A stretch of DNA of 64,000 nucleotides, taken from assembly GCA_965250285.1 (NCBI GenBank), contig OZ252299.1, forward strand, positions 4,352,001-4,416,000. The letters are read 5' to 3'. Below are positions 9,245 to 18,979 of this stretch, piece by piece. The position numbers and the translations under genes were made by a program. The stretch's first letter is position 1. Each line of letters opens with the position of its first letter. The notes under the pieces were generated by a model that ran no database searches, was not told the DNA's origin, and saw only the letters and a program-made list of their open reading frames with translations. This DNA is from Myxococcota bacterium. GTDB taxonomy: Bacteria; Myxococcota_A; UBA9160; UBA4427.

Positions 9245-10018
9245 TCACTCACCCGGCGGCAAGAACTGCCCCGTCTGCGCCGTCATCCCCCCGTCGACCG
9301 GCACCAGAACGCCCGTCACGAACGAAGCCGCCGGCGACACCAGAAATACGATCACCTCGGCCACCTCGGTGGGCTCGCCCCAGCGCTGCAGCGGGATCCG
9401 GCGAGCCATGGCTTCGTACTCGCTCGGCGCGGCACGCTCGATGAATGCGGTCATCGCGGTGCGGGTCGGGCCCGGGCACACGCCGTTCACGCGAATGCGA
9501 CGATGGGCGAGCGATACCGCGCAAGAGCGCACGAAGTTCACCGCTGCGCCCTTCGCGGTGTTGTACGCCCACATGCCCGGATCGCCGCCGAGCCCCGAAG
9601 TCGACGCCGTGACGACGACGGCGGGCGCGGCCGAGGCCTCGAGGGTCGAGAGCGCGGCGCGCAGGCCGAGGGCCGGGCCGTGCACATTCACCGCGAGCAC
9701 GCGCTCGAAGTCTTCCATCGACAGCTCTTCGAGGCCGCCGAGACTCGGCACACCGGCATTGAGCACGACCCCGTCGAGACGGCCGAAGGCATCGACGGCA
9801 CGCGCGACGGCCGCATCGTTGTCGGCGGGTCGCGTCACGTCGCCCACGATTGCTTCGACGTGCCCGTGGTCTTTCGTCCAAGCGAGCGCATCCTCGGTGA
9901 GATCCATCGCGACCACGCGCCCGCCCTCATCGGCGAGGCGTTCGACGGTCGCGCGACCGATGCCGCTCGCCGCGCCGGTGACCCAGGTGACGCGTGCTTC
10001 CGCGTTCGCACCGCTCAT
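9245..10018 (-). CDS. SDR family oxidoreductase
   Basis: TGAASGIG, LNAG, YNTAK catalytic motif, NGVCPG and VDGG. Confidence 0.92.
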   Translation of the reverse strand: MSGANAEARVTWVTGAASGIGRATVERLADEGGRVVAMDLTEDALAWTKDHGHVEAIVGDVTRPADNDAAVARAVDAFGRLDGVVLNAGVPSLGGLEELSMEDFERVLAVNVHGPALGLRAALSTLEASAAPAVVVTASTSGLGGDPGMWAYNTAKGAAVNFVRSCAVSLAHRRIRVNGVCPGPTRTAMTAFIERAAPSEYEAMARRIPLQRWGEPTEVAEVIVFLVSPAASFVTGVLVPVDGGMTAQTGQFLPPGE

Positions 10019-10449
10019 GTGTTCTCCTCGGGCGGCCCCTTGAGTTCGACCACGTTGCCATCGGGATCACGGACGTACATCGAAGGCCCCTGACCGAGGG
10101 CACCGTAACGCGAAGCCACCTCGCCCGGCTCGATGCCGTGCGATTCGAGATGCGCCCGCAGCGCACGCTCGTCGAAGCGCGCGAGCTGCAGCGCGAAGTG
10201 ATCGACGTTGCGCCCGGCCTCGACCGGAGCGCCGCCGCCCGCGCGACCGAGCGGCGAGTCGACGGGCACGAGGTCGACGAGGTGCGCGCCGAGTCGCACT
10301 TGGTGCAGGCCGATCTCGGCGAGCTCTCGCTCCATCTGCCCACCGAGCGCATCGACGTAGAATCGCGTCGACGCCGCCAGATCGACCACCCGCACCACGA
10401 CGTGGTCGAGGCCCACGACCTCGACCGCGCTCTCCCTGTTCGAAGTCAT
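10015..10449 (-). CDS. VOC/glyoxalase family protein
   Basis: LDHVVVRV, NVDHFAL and YVRDPDGNVVELK. 4-bp overlap with the SDR. Confidence 0.88.
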   Translation of the reverse strand: MTSNRESAVEVVGLDHVVVRVVDLAASTRFYVDALGGQMERELAEIGLHQVRLGAHLVDLVPVDSPLGRAGGGAPVEAGRNVDHFALQLARFDERALRAHLESHGIEPGEVASRYGALGQGPSMYVRDPDGNVVELKGPPEENT

Positions 10450-10488
10450 CCCGCCCTCCGCATCCGTCGATGATCACTTGCCCGGCCG

Positions 10489-10528
10489 AAAAAGAGAAGG
10501 GCGCCCTCACGAACATGTGAGGGCGCCC
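10489..10528 (-). terminator. Rho-independent terminator after the cupin gene
   Basis: Stem GGGCGCCCTCAC/GTGAGGGCGCCC followed on the minus strand by TTCTCTTTTT. Confidence 0.7.
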
Positions 10529-10552
10529 CGGGAATGCATGCGCGCTGATCGC

Positions 10553-10942
10553 TCAGGTGTTCTTCAACTCGACGAGGAACTCGTAGTAGGTCTTCTCGCC
10601 CACGTTGTACGCCCATTCGACGCCGCCCTTGGGTACGAACACGGTGTTGCCTTCGGGCGGCACGATCCCGACGAAGGCATCCATCGGACCACCTTCGGGC
10701 ATGACGCCGGCCACGAGGTCACCCTGGAGAATGATCAGGTAGTAGTCGTGGTCATGGCGATGCAGCGCACTCGCCTCGCCGGGCTCGAGCTTCATGTCCC
10801 AGATTCGGACGTTGTCGTCTTCGAAGAGAACCCGGCTGCCGACGCCACCGATCTCGTCGTCCTTGTGCTCGTCTCGAAACTGGTCGAGGCGGGCCTTCAT
10901 CTCGGGAGTGATCTCGGCGTATTGGGGCTCGGAGTAGATCAC
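10553..10942 (-). CDS. Cupin domain protein
   Basis: VLFEDDNVRIWDMKLEPGEASALHRHDHDY. GTG start after AGGAG. Confidence 0.75.
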   Translation of the reverse strand: MIYSEPQYAEITPEMKARLDQFRDEHKDDEIGGVGSRVLFEDDNVRIWDMKLEPGEASALHRHDHDYYLIILQGDLVAGVMPEGGPMDAFVGIVPPEGNTVFVPKGGVEWAYNVGEKTYYEFLVELKNT

Positions 10943-11168
10943 GATTCGTTCTCCTGCGGGCGCGAGCGCTGGCTGCGCGGTGTGTTCCGACCCGATGGGT
11001 CGTGTGGATGGCGGGCGCGCCCGGGGGCACCCCCGATTCGAGGTGGCTCTGCGATGGGCGGATCGTCGCGCTTCGCGGAGCGCCCGGATTCTACCGGACG
11101 CGGAGACGACCGACCCCTTCGCAGGCGTCATCGAGCGATGGCTGACGCCGGAAGCGAAACCCGTCGAC

Positions 11169-12242
11169 TCAGCGCAGCGATCCCTGCTCGATGTCGCCGC
11201 CGTCGGCGGGCAGCACGAAGTGCATCCCGTCGTCGCCGATGACCACGCCATTCATGTCGAGGTCGCGGGCGAAGATGCGCTCGACCAGCCGATTTCGTAG
11301 CGGCGGAACGTTGTGCGTGAGCACGAGCAGGTCGACGCCCGCCTCGTCGGCCAGCGCCTTCGCCTGCGTCGGACTCGTGTGGTAGTCGAGGATGTCGTTC
11401 GCAAGGTGGCTCTGCCGCTCGCGTCCGGCCTCCCCGAGGATGTTCGAGATGCGCTCGACCAGCTCGAAGCTGAGCGCCTCGTGGATCAGCATGTCGGCGC
11501 CGGTGGCGGCGGCGACGAGGCTCGGCGACGGAGCCGTATCCCCGCTGATGACGACGCTGCGGCCGCCGAACTCGACGCGATAGCCGACGGCCGGCACGAC
11601 CGGCGTGTGATCGACGACGAACGCCGTGACCGTCAGCCCGTCGTCGTCGATGATCGTGACCTGCTCACCAGGCGACGGCATCTCGAACGCACGCGGCGCG
11701 CCGAGCCCCCCCGATGCCGGCATGAACTTCGCCGTGTGGTGGTCTTCGCGATGCACCCGATCGTGTGAGTAGGCGCGATTGAAGCCCTCGACGACCTCGT
11801 CGACGCCCGGAGGACCGTACACCGGCAGGGCCGCGTCGCGGCCGCTCGCGATCCACGACTGCGTCACCACCTCGCCGAGCTCGCCCATGTGATCGCTGTG
11901 GAAGTGCGTGAGCAGCACATCGGATACACGACCGATCGGCGTGCCCCACACCTGCAGGTTCTCCCAGGCGCCGGGGCCGGTGTCGAAGACCATGAACCGC
12001 CCACCGGCGATCACTGCGGTGCACGACGCGGCCCGTTCGGGATCAGGCAGCGGCGAACCGGTGCCGCACAGAACGACGTGCAGATCTCCGTCGTCGGGAT
12101 CGATCACGGGCGGGGTCGTCGCCTGGTTGCGGATCACTCGATCGACGATCGCGTCACACGCGACGCACGTCGAGCAGACGATCGCGAGCACGAACAGCCT
12201 CGCGATCCGAAGCCTCCAGCCGGCCCAGCCGTGCATGAACAT
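11169..12242 (-). CDS. MBL-fold metallo-hydrolase (RNase Z/arylsulfatase-like) with N-terminal membrane anchor
   Basis: CGTGSP, THFHSDH, VDH.P, ISGDT, LIHEA, DYHTSP and LTH motifs. GAGGAGG RBS. Confidence 0.88.
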   Translation of the reverse strand: MFMHGWAGWRLRIARLFVLAIVCSTCVACDAIVDRVIRNQATTPPVIDPDDGDLHVVLCGTGSPLPDPERAASCTAVIAGGRFMVFDTGPGAWENLQVWGTPIGRVSDVLLTHFHSDHMGELGEVVTQSWIASGRDAALPVYGPPGVDEVVEGFNRAYSHDRVHREDHHTAKFMPASGGLGAPRAFEMPSPGEQVTIIDDDGLTVTAFVVDHTPVVPAVGYRVEFGGRSVVISGDTAPSPSLVAAATGADMLIHEALSFELVERISNILGEAGRERQSHLANDILDYHTSPTQAKALADEAGVDLLVLTHNVPPLRNRLVERIFARDLDMNGVVIGDDGMHFVLPADGGDIEQGSLR

Positions 12243-12259
12243 GCCTCCTCGTCGGCCGC

Positions 12260-12994
12260 TCAGTCCTTCCAACCCGACGTCGCTCCCTTGACCATCGCGA
12301 AGGGGCCGACGGGCCAGTTGAAGCAGTCGACCATCAATTGGTTGACCTCTTCGTGACTCGCGACGCCTTCTGCGACCACCGCACCGGCCTCACGCAGCAT
12401 CGCACCGTAGATGCGGTTCGCGACGAACCCCCAGTGCATCGGGTTGTCGTTCACGACCACCGGGTGCTTGCCGCAGGCGCGCGCGACATCGCATACGCGC
12501 TCGATCGCGTCTTCGTCGGTCTTCGGCGTGCGCACGATCTCGGCGAACTTCATGACCGGGGGCGGCGATGCCCAGTGCCAGACCACGACGCGCGACGGCC
12601 GATTCGTCACGGCCGCAATCGCGGTGAGCGGAAACCCCGACGTGTTCGAAGCGAGGATCGCGTCTTCGGGCGCGCGCGCGTCGAGATCGCGGAAGACCTC
12701 GAGCTTGAGCCCCAGATCTTCGGGGACGCACTCGATCACGAGCCCGGCGTCGGCGGCGAGATCGAGGTCGGTCGTGAACGAGAGCCGGTCGAGGGCGGCG
12801 TCGGCTTCGGCCCGCTCGATCTTGCCCCTCGAGACGGCGCGCTCGAAACCGTAGCGCCCGGTCCGAACCAGCTCGCCGGCCTTCTCGACGGCCGCCTCCG
12901 AAGTGTCGAAGCCGACCGTCTCGTAGCCCGCCTGCGCGCAGCTCTGCGCAATGCCGCTGCCCATCACGCCCGCCCCGATGACCCCGATTCGCAT
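12260..12994 (-). CDS. 3-hydroxyacyl-CoA dehydrogenase family protein
   Basis: GAGVMGSGIA, IECVPE, ASNTSG and GFVANRI. Confidence 0.88.
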   Translation of the reverse strand: MRIGVIGAGVMGSGIAQSCAQAGYETVGFDTSEAAVEKAGELVRTGRYGFERAVSRGKIERAEADAALDRLSFTTDLDLAADAGLVIECVPEDLGLKLEVFRDLDARAPEDAILASNTSGFPLTAIAAVTNRPSRVVVWHWASPPPVMKFAEIVRTPKTDEDAIERVCDVARACGKHPVVVNDNPMHWGFVANRIYGAMLREAGAVVAEGVASHEEVNQLMVDCFNWPVGPFAMVKGATSGWKD

Positions 12995-13141
12995 GCGCTC
13001 GGCTCTCCTTCGTCACCCCGTCCTCGGGGATCGAGGCGCCGAGCGTAGCAACGACCTCGCCGTTCGCGGGCGCGCGCTAACGTCGTCGCGGGCTCTCCGG
13101 GCGAACACAGCGCGCCCGCGACGGCGGACGAAGGGGCGCAC

Positions 13142-14245
13142 GTGGCCAACGAACGGATCCTGGTAACCGGTGCAGGGGGCTTCCTCGGCCAGGCCATCGT
13201 GCGCGAGCTCCAGCCCCGGCTCGCCGATCCCGAAGATCCGCTCCGAGAGATCCGGGTCCTCGACCTCGACGGCGAGAAGCTCCCGCGGCACGAGGGCATC
13301 GTGCCCTTCGCCGGCAGCGTGACCGACGCTGCGTTGATCGAGAAGGCCTGCGATCGCGTCGATGGGATCATCCACAGCGCCGCGGTCATCGACTGGGGCA
13401 ACATCTCGGACGATGTGCTGCGCGACGTGAACGTCGGTGGCACGCGCAATCTGCTCGAAGCAGCGCTTCGGGCCGGCGTGAGATCGTTCGTGTACACGAG
13501 CTCGATGGACGTCGTGTGCGGTCATGCCCCGGTCGTCGACGTGAACGAGGAGGTCGCGATCCCCGACGACCTCGAGAACATCTACTGTGAAACGAAGGCC
13601 GAAGCCGAGACGCTCGTCCTCGATCACGACGGGGCCGAGCGAGCGCGCCGTGCTGACGATGCAGAGGGTGCACCGGCACAGATGCACACGGCGGCGGTGC
13701 GACCCTGCGGCATGTACGGCGAGGGCGATCCGTACCACGTCAAGAACGTGGTCGAGGTCGTGCGGAGCGGTGGCCTGAAGGCGCGGCCGGGCGACGGCAG
13801 TGCGAAGTTCGAGCATGCGTACGTCGAGAATGTCGCACTCGTTCACGCGCTGGCGCTCGATCGCCTCGATGCGGGCGATGAGGCGACCTTCGGCCAGGCC
13901 TTCTTTGCGACCGACGACACGCCTGCCGCCGACTTTCTCGACTTCATGGAGCCGATCATGGAGGGGCTCGGGCTCGAGCTACCCCCGCGCAGTCGCCGGG
14001 TGCCCTATCCGATCATGTGGATCGCCGCCGTCGGGGCCGAGTTCGCTGCCTTCGTCGGTCGCCCGTTCGGTGCCAAACCGCCCGTGCTGACCCGGTCGAG
14101 CGTGCGGTTCATCTGCAAGACGCACACGTTCGACGGCAGCAAGGCCAGACGGGTCCTGGGCTACACGCCCCGCGTCTCACATGAAGAGGCGATCGCCCGC
14201 ACGATCTCGTGGTGGCGAGATCATCTGGAGAAGGAAGCCGCCTGA
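13142..14245 (+). CDS. 3-beta-hydroxysteroid dehydrogenase-like extended SDR
   Basis: TGAGGFLG, VYTSSMDV, YCETK and RPCGMYGEGD. Confidence 0.85.
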   Translation: MANERILVTGAGGFLGQAIVRELQPRLADPEDPLREIRVLDLDGEKLPRHEGIVPFAGSVTDAALIEKACDRVDGIIHSAAVIDWGNISDDVLRDVNVGGTRNLLEAALRAGVRSFVYTSSMDVVCGHAPVVDVNEEVAIPDDLENIYCETKAEAETLVLDHDGAERARRADDAEGAPAQMHTAAVRPCGMYGEGDPYHVKNVVEVVRSGGLKARPGDGSAKFEHAYVENVALVHALALDRLDAGDEATFGQAFFATDDTPAADFLDFMEPIMEGLGLELPPRSRRVPYPIMWIAAVGAEFAAFVGRPFGAKPPVLTRSSVRFICKTHTFDGSKARRVLGYTPRVSHEEAIARTISWWRDHLEKEAA

Positions 14246-14260
14246 GCTCCGCGGAGCTCT

Positions 14261-14962
14261 TCAGAGCTTCTCACACTCTCCGAACTCACCGAACATGTGC
14301 TCGCTCCAGGCCGAGAGCAACGGGGCCGCCGTCTCGAGGCCAAGCGCTCGCAGCTCGGTCGCAATCTCATGGTCGCCGAGCTCGAGCGCCACGCCTTCGC
14401 CGCCCGGCGTCGTCTTCTCGCCGCGACCACCCCGCGTGAACGTCAGGCTGTGGGGCACGCCTTCGATCACCGTGTAGCCCACGGCCTCGCTCTCGGGTGT
14501 CTCGCCGTCGCCGCCGCGCGGAACGGTCAGGGTGAGCACGTGCTGCCCGCCCATCTCGAGCCGACAGGTCGCCGATGCGTCTCCATAGTTGAAGTCGATC
14601 GTCTCGACGCTCTTCGGAAAGCCCCAGATGCGGCAGCCGGCCTCGCAGGTGAACGACTGATTCACCGGCAGCTTGTAGATGTACGAGCCCATCTCGGCGT
14701 CGGGCTGACCCTTGGGCCGCACGAAGAAGACGATCCCGACCTCGTCGTAGTCGCCCAGGTCGTTGTCCTTGTAGTCGACAATGACGATCGTGCACTGCGT
14801 CTGGCCGGGTGCGGCTTCGACGACCTCGAAGGCGTCGGGTACCAGCTTCGCGGCCGCGTCGGCGGGCACCATGTACATGACCGACCCATTCGCCGCGTCG
14901 CGCACGACGGCGGGCAACGTAACGTTGCGTCCCTCGATCTCGTAGCTCTCTGCGTTCGACAC
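14261..14962 (-). CDS. Acetoacetate decarboxylase-like family protein
   Basis: DYKDNDLGDYDE, LPVNQSFTCEAG..IWGFPK motif. Confidence 0.8.
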   Translation of the reverse strand: MSNAESYEIEGRNVTLPAVVRDAANGSVMYMVPADAAAKLVPDAFEVVEAAPGQTQCTIVIVDYKDNDLGDYDEVGIVFFVRPKGQPDAEMGSYIYKLPVNQSFTCEAGCRIWGFPKSVETIDFNYGDASATCRLEMGGQHVLTLTVPRGGDGETPESEAVGYTVIEGVPHSLTFTRGGRGEKTTPGGEGVALELGDHEIATELRALGLETAAPLLSAWSEHMFGEFGECEKL

Positions 14963-15066
14963 GTCGCTTCTCCCATCGTCTGCGGCTCGTCCAGATTCGG
15001 TGTCTCGCCAAGCAGAGAGTATGCTGTGGACGACCTTGCCAGCGCCAGGCCACCGAGGACCCCGCC

Positions 15067-15627
15067 GTGCCCCCTAGACTCTCGACCCCCCGCATCGCAC
15101 CGCTCGCAGAAGACGACCTGCCCGAGGCCGCGCGCGTGAACATGGGCAGCGGCCCGACGCTCAACATCTTTCGCACGCTCGCGAACCACCCCGACCTGGC
15201 GCGACGTTGGCTGGTGTTCGGAAATCACATCCTCGGTAAGTCAACGCTGCCCGAGCGCGATCGCGAGATCGCGATTCTGCGAATCGGCTGGCTGTGCCGG
15301 TCGGCCTACGAGTGGGGGCAACACGTGGTGATCGGCAAACGCTGCGGGCTCGACGACGACGAGATCGAGCGCATCGCCGAAGGCCCGGACGCGGCCGGCT
15401 GGTCGGCGCTCGATCAGGCGATCCTGCGCGCGACCGACGACCTGCACTCAGACGCCTTCGTGAGCGACGCCCACTGGGCCGCGCTCGCCGAGCACTACGA
15501 CACGAAGCAGCTGATGGATTTCGTGTTCACGGTCGGCCAGTACAACCTGGTGTCGATGGCGCTCAACACCTTTGGCGTGCAGCCCGAGCCGGGGCTGCCG
15601 CCGCTGCCGGAGGTCGAGCGATCATGA
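15067..15627 (+). CDS. Carboxymuconolactone decarboxylase (CMD/AhpD-like) family protein
   Basis: LNIFRTLANHP, REIAILR and YEWGQH. Confidence 0.85.
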   Translation: MPPRLSTPRIAPLAEDDLPEAARVNMGSGPTLNIFRTLANHPDLARRWLVFGNHILGKSTLPERDREIAILRIGWLCRSAYEWGQHVVIGKRCGLDDDEIERIAEGPDAAGWSALDQAILRATDDLHSDAFVSDAHWAALAEHYDTKQLMDFVFTVGQYNLVSMALNTFGVQPEPGLPPLPEVERS

Positions 15628-16169
15628 GCGAGACGACGCAGAGCGCTCTTACTCCGGGTCGCTTCGCGGCGATCAACGTCGTCATCACGACGGCGGCCCT
15701 CGGCTTTCTCGTCTGGCTCGTCTACTTCCACGACGAGCCCGCGTCGGGTGGATCGACCCAGCTGCCCGCGTTGAATGCGTTCTTCAACGCCGTGGCCGCG
15801 ACCCTGCTCGTGCTCGGCCGCCGCGCCATCGCGCGCGGCGAGCGCAAGCTGCACCAGCAGCTCATGCTGTCGGCGTTGGCTGCTTCGGCGCTCTTCCTCG
15901 TCACCTACATCTACTACCACTACGGGTACGGAGACACGAAGTTCGCCGGCCAGGGCTTCATTCGGCCGATCTACTTCGCGATTCTGATCTCACACATCGG
16001 TCTCTCGGCGATCGTCTTCCCCGCGATCCTCACGAGCGTCTACCTGGCGTTCACGAACCGCATTGCCACCCACAAGCGCGTCGCCCGGTGGACGTGGGCG
16101 GGCTGGATGTACGTCTCGGTCACGGGCATCGTCATCTGGCTGATGCTCCACGTGATCGCCTGGGGCTGA
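15624..16169 (+). CDS. DUF420 family membrane protein
   Basis: LPALNA, LFLVTY..YH, YFAILISH and WMYVSVTG. ATGA overlap with the upstream gene. Confidence 0.88.
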   Translation: MSETTQSALTPGRFAAINVVITTAALGFLVWLVYFHDEPASGGSTQLPALNAFFNAVAATLLVLGRRAIARGERKLHQQLMLSALAASALFLVTYIYYHYGYGDTKFAGQGFIRPIYFAILISHIGLSAIVFPAILTSVYLAFTNRIATHKRVARWTWAGWMYVSVTGIVIWLMLHVIAWG

Positions 16170-16183
16170 CGCGGCGCAGCGGC

Positions 16184-17116
16184 TCAGCCGCCGGGCGGGC
16201 CCGTCGGCAGCTTCATCGCCGCCGGGATGACCTCTTCGGCCAGTCGCCGGGTCTGCTCCATCAAGTCCCGCTGCTCCGACGCCACCGGGATTGCGACGAA
16301 CTTCGTGATGCCGCCGCGCGCATACGCGGCGAAGTGCTCGATCAACGCATCGGCGGTGCCCGTGACCACCAGCTTCGACGCCGAGCGCAGCGGCACAGCG
16401 GCCGCGTCGGTCTTGCGAGCCGACTCCTCAGCCGTCTCGATGCGATAGAGCACCGTCGCGCCGTAGTGATCGTCGGGGATCGGCTTGCCCTGGGCCTCGC
16501 CTTCAGCCCGGATCTCACCGGCTGTGGTGATGGCCCCGTCGATGTCCTGCAAGCCGGCGAGCCAGCCCGTGCCGTAGCGCACGGTGCGCACGATCGCGGC
16601 GCGGCTCGAGCCGCCGATCCAGATGGGCAGCGGCTGCTGGGTCGGCCGCGGTGAGATCGTCGCTTCTTCGACCTCGATCGACTCGCCCGCGAAGCTGACC
16701 TTCTCTTCGGCCCACAGCCGGGTGATCACCTCGAGCGCCTCGTTGGCGCGCTTGCCTCGACCGGCCGGCGTGCGTCCGGTCGCTTTCCACGCGTCGAGCC
16801 CGCCGTTGCCGACACCGACGACGGGCAGCAGCCGTCCCTCGCTCAAGTGATCGATCGAAGCGCATTGCCGCGCAAACGTGACCGGGTCGCGAAACCCGAG
16901 CACCACGGCGTTCATGCCGATCTTCAGCCGACGGGTGGCGCCGGCGATGACGGCGAGCAACGACAGCGGCTCGTGAAAGGGCTCGTTCGAGATCACGCGA
17001 TCCGATTGCCAGATCGAGTCGATCGAGCTCCCCTCGCACGCATCGACCCAGGCCCGAAAGCCCGGCACGTCGTCGAAGACGAAGCGCCCCACACCGATCC
17101 CGACTCGTACGCCCAT
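16184..17116 (-). CDS. LLM-class flavin/F420-dependent oxidoreductase
   Basis: DSIWQSD, EPLSLLAVIAGATRRLKIG, DHLSEGRL and PIWIGG. AGGAGG RBS. Confidence 0.85.
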   Translation of the reverse strand: MGVRVGIGVGRFVFDDVPGFRAWVDACEGSSIDSIWQSDRVISNEPFHEPLSLLAVIAGATRRLKIGMNAVVLGFRDPVTFARQCASIDHLSEGRLLPVVGVGNGGLDAWKATGRTPAGRGKRANEALEVITRLWAEEKVSFAGESIEVEEATISPRPTQQPLPIWIGGSSRAAIVRTVRYGTGWLAGLQDIDGAITTAGEIRAEGEAQGKPIPDDHYGATVLYRIETAEESARKTDAAAVPLRSASKLVVTGTADALIEHFAAYARGGITKFVAIPVASEQRDLMEQTRRLAEEVIPAAMKLPTGPPGG

Positions 17117-17284
17117 GTCGCCTGCCTCCTGGCCGAATGCTGCCGCGCCCGCGGGCGCTTCGCTCGTTCGATGCCCGCAGGGCGAATCCGGTGCACCCGC
17201 GATGCTTTGGCTGCGATGCAGCACGCCGGATACCCTGTCGAGCCCGCCTCGGGCGCCTCTCACGCCCGCCCCAGGAGCCCCGCC

Positions 17285-18169
17285 ATGAACCTCAAAGGAA
17301 GCCCTGCCTACGTGGGCCGCCACTGCGGCTCGAACGAGTACGACGTCACGCAGGAGGTCGTCGACTTCTATGTCGATGCGCTCGGCGAGCCCAGTCAGAG
17401 CGGCCGCAAGTTCGCGCCGCCGCTGCTGCATCACAGCGAGTGCTACGAGCACCTGGGCGAGTGGTATCTCAAGAACCTCTTCGGGAACCTCCACGGCCAG
17501 CAGGATTGGTTCCTCTTCGCCCCCATCGAGATCGGCTCGAAGATCAGGACGCGCTCGACGATCATCGATCGCTTCCACAAGCGCGGGCGAGACTACGTCG
17601 TGAACGAGACCGACATCATGGACGCCCTCGACGGCCGGCTGCTCGTGCGCGGCCGCACGTTCCAGTCGTTCCTGCCGCCCAGGGACGAGACCGAGAAGAG
17701 CGACGGCTTCGTGGTCGACGCGGCGACGGCCTCGAAGAAGAAGGCCGAGCGGGCGGCGGCTCGACCGCCCTTCCCGACGGCGACGGGCCGCGATTTCGAG
17801 TCGATCCCGAAGCTCGTCGACGAACGCCGCTGCTGGATGTTCTCGGGTCCGGGTGCCAACTATCACACCGACCGCGAGCAGGCGAAGAAGCTCGGCTTTC
17901 CGACCATCGTCGTGCAGGGCATGATGACGACGTGCTTCGTGAGCGAGATCATGGAGCGCGAGTTCGGCGAAGGCTGGCTCACGGGCGGCCGCATGTCGGT
18001 CAAGCTCACGAACGTCGTCTGGGTCGACGACGCGCTCTCGGTGCATGGCCGCATCAAGCACGAAGAGCCCGAGGGCACCCAGACTCGCGTGCACTGTGAG
18101 GTCTGGGTCGACAAGCAGGACGACGATACGACGCGGGTGCTGCTCGGCGAGGCCAGCGCCGTCGTCTAG
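17285..18169 (+). CDS. Double hot-dog MaoC-type dehydratase
   Basis: NLHGQQ in the N-terminal hot-dog domain; NYHTD.E.AK.LGFP..VVQG MaoC motif in the C-terminal domain. Confidence 0.82.
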   Translation: MNLKGSPAYVGRHCGSNEYDVTQEVVDFYVDALGEPSQSGRKFAPPLLHHSECYEHLGEWYLKNLFGNLHGQQDWFLFAPIEIGSKIRTRSTIIDRFHKRGRDYVVNETDIMDALDGRLLVRGRTFQSFLPPRDETEKSDGFVVDAATASKKKAERAAARPPFPTATGRDFESIPKLVDERRCWMFSGPGANYHTDREQAKKLGFPTIVVQGMMTTCFVSEIMEREFGEGWLTGGRMSVKLTNVVWVDDALSVHGRIKHEEPEGTQTRVHCEVWVDKQDDDTTRVLLGEASAVV

Positions 18170-18187
18170 CCCCGCGCGCCGCCGAGC

Positions 18188-18796
18188 TCACTCTTCATAG
18201 ATCTCGGTGTACACCTCCACGTGGCAGTCCGAGCCGAACCCCGCGCCGACCTCGAAGCCGTCTCGACCGATCAGATCCTCGTTGCCCAGCACGATGACAT
18301 CGATGAGCCGTGCGTTCCCACTGCCGAAGATGTACTCCCAATCGCGCTCGTCGGGCCGGTGCCGGTACTCCCGCCAGATCGAGCTCGTCCACTGCAGCGG
18401 GCCGCCATCCCACTCGTCGACCCTGAAGCTGAAGCGCAGATCGATCTCTTCAGAGGCGTCGAACGGGACCGAGACCCGCGTGCCCGAGACGTCGACGTCC
18501 TCGCCGACCGCGGCCGTGAGCGGCACAACGGCCGACCCGAGGAGCGTGAAGGTCCGGGTATCGCCGCCCTTCCCCCCGGTCCGGATGGTCACCTCTTCGA
18601 TCTCAACCGTAAGATCGAAGTCGCCCGGGCCCCCGGCGCCGGGATCACAATCGGAGTAGACGTTCATGGCGGTGATCTCGGCCGTCACATGCGGCGGGGC
18701 CATCGCAGCTTCGTCGCACGCAATGAAGAGAAGACTGCCGAGGCAGAGAACCGAGCGGAGCAGCGTTCGAATCGGGTGAGCGGGCGTCGTCAGCAT
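18188..18796 (-). CDS. Hypothetical lipoprotein
   Basis: LLFIA-C lipobox-like signal and acidic beta-rich body. No family recognised. Confidence 0.5.
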   Translation of the reverse strand: MLTTPAHPIRTLLRSVLCLGSLLFIACDEAAMAPPHVTAEITAMNVYSDCDPGAGGPGDFDLTVEIEEVTIRTGGKGGDTRTFTLLGSAVVPLTAAVGEDVDVSGTRVSVPFDASEEIDLRFSFRVDEWDGGPLQWTSSIWREYRHRPDERDWEYIFGSGNARLIDVIVLGNEDLIGRDGFEVGAGFGSDCHVEVYTEIYEE

Positions 18797-18979
18797 GATG
18801 TCAACGTGCCACAGGGCCCCGCCCGAGGGCAGGTGCCGATCGGCAGGGTCATGGCCGCTGCACCGCCGTCGTAGGCCGAGTTGCCGGGCACGGATCGCGA
18901 CGAGTTGCGCGTCTGTTGCGGGTCAACGAGCCAGGCTCGAGATCGTGCGTCAGCCGAAACCGCCTGACCGACGCAGCGA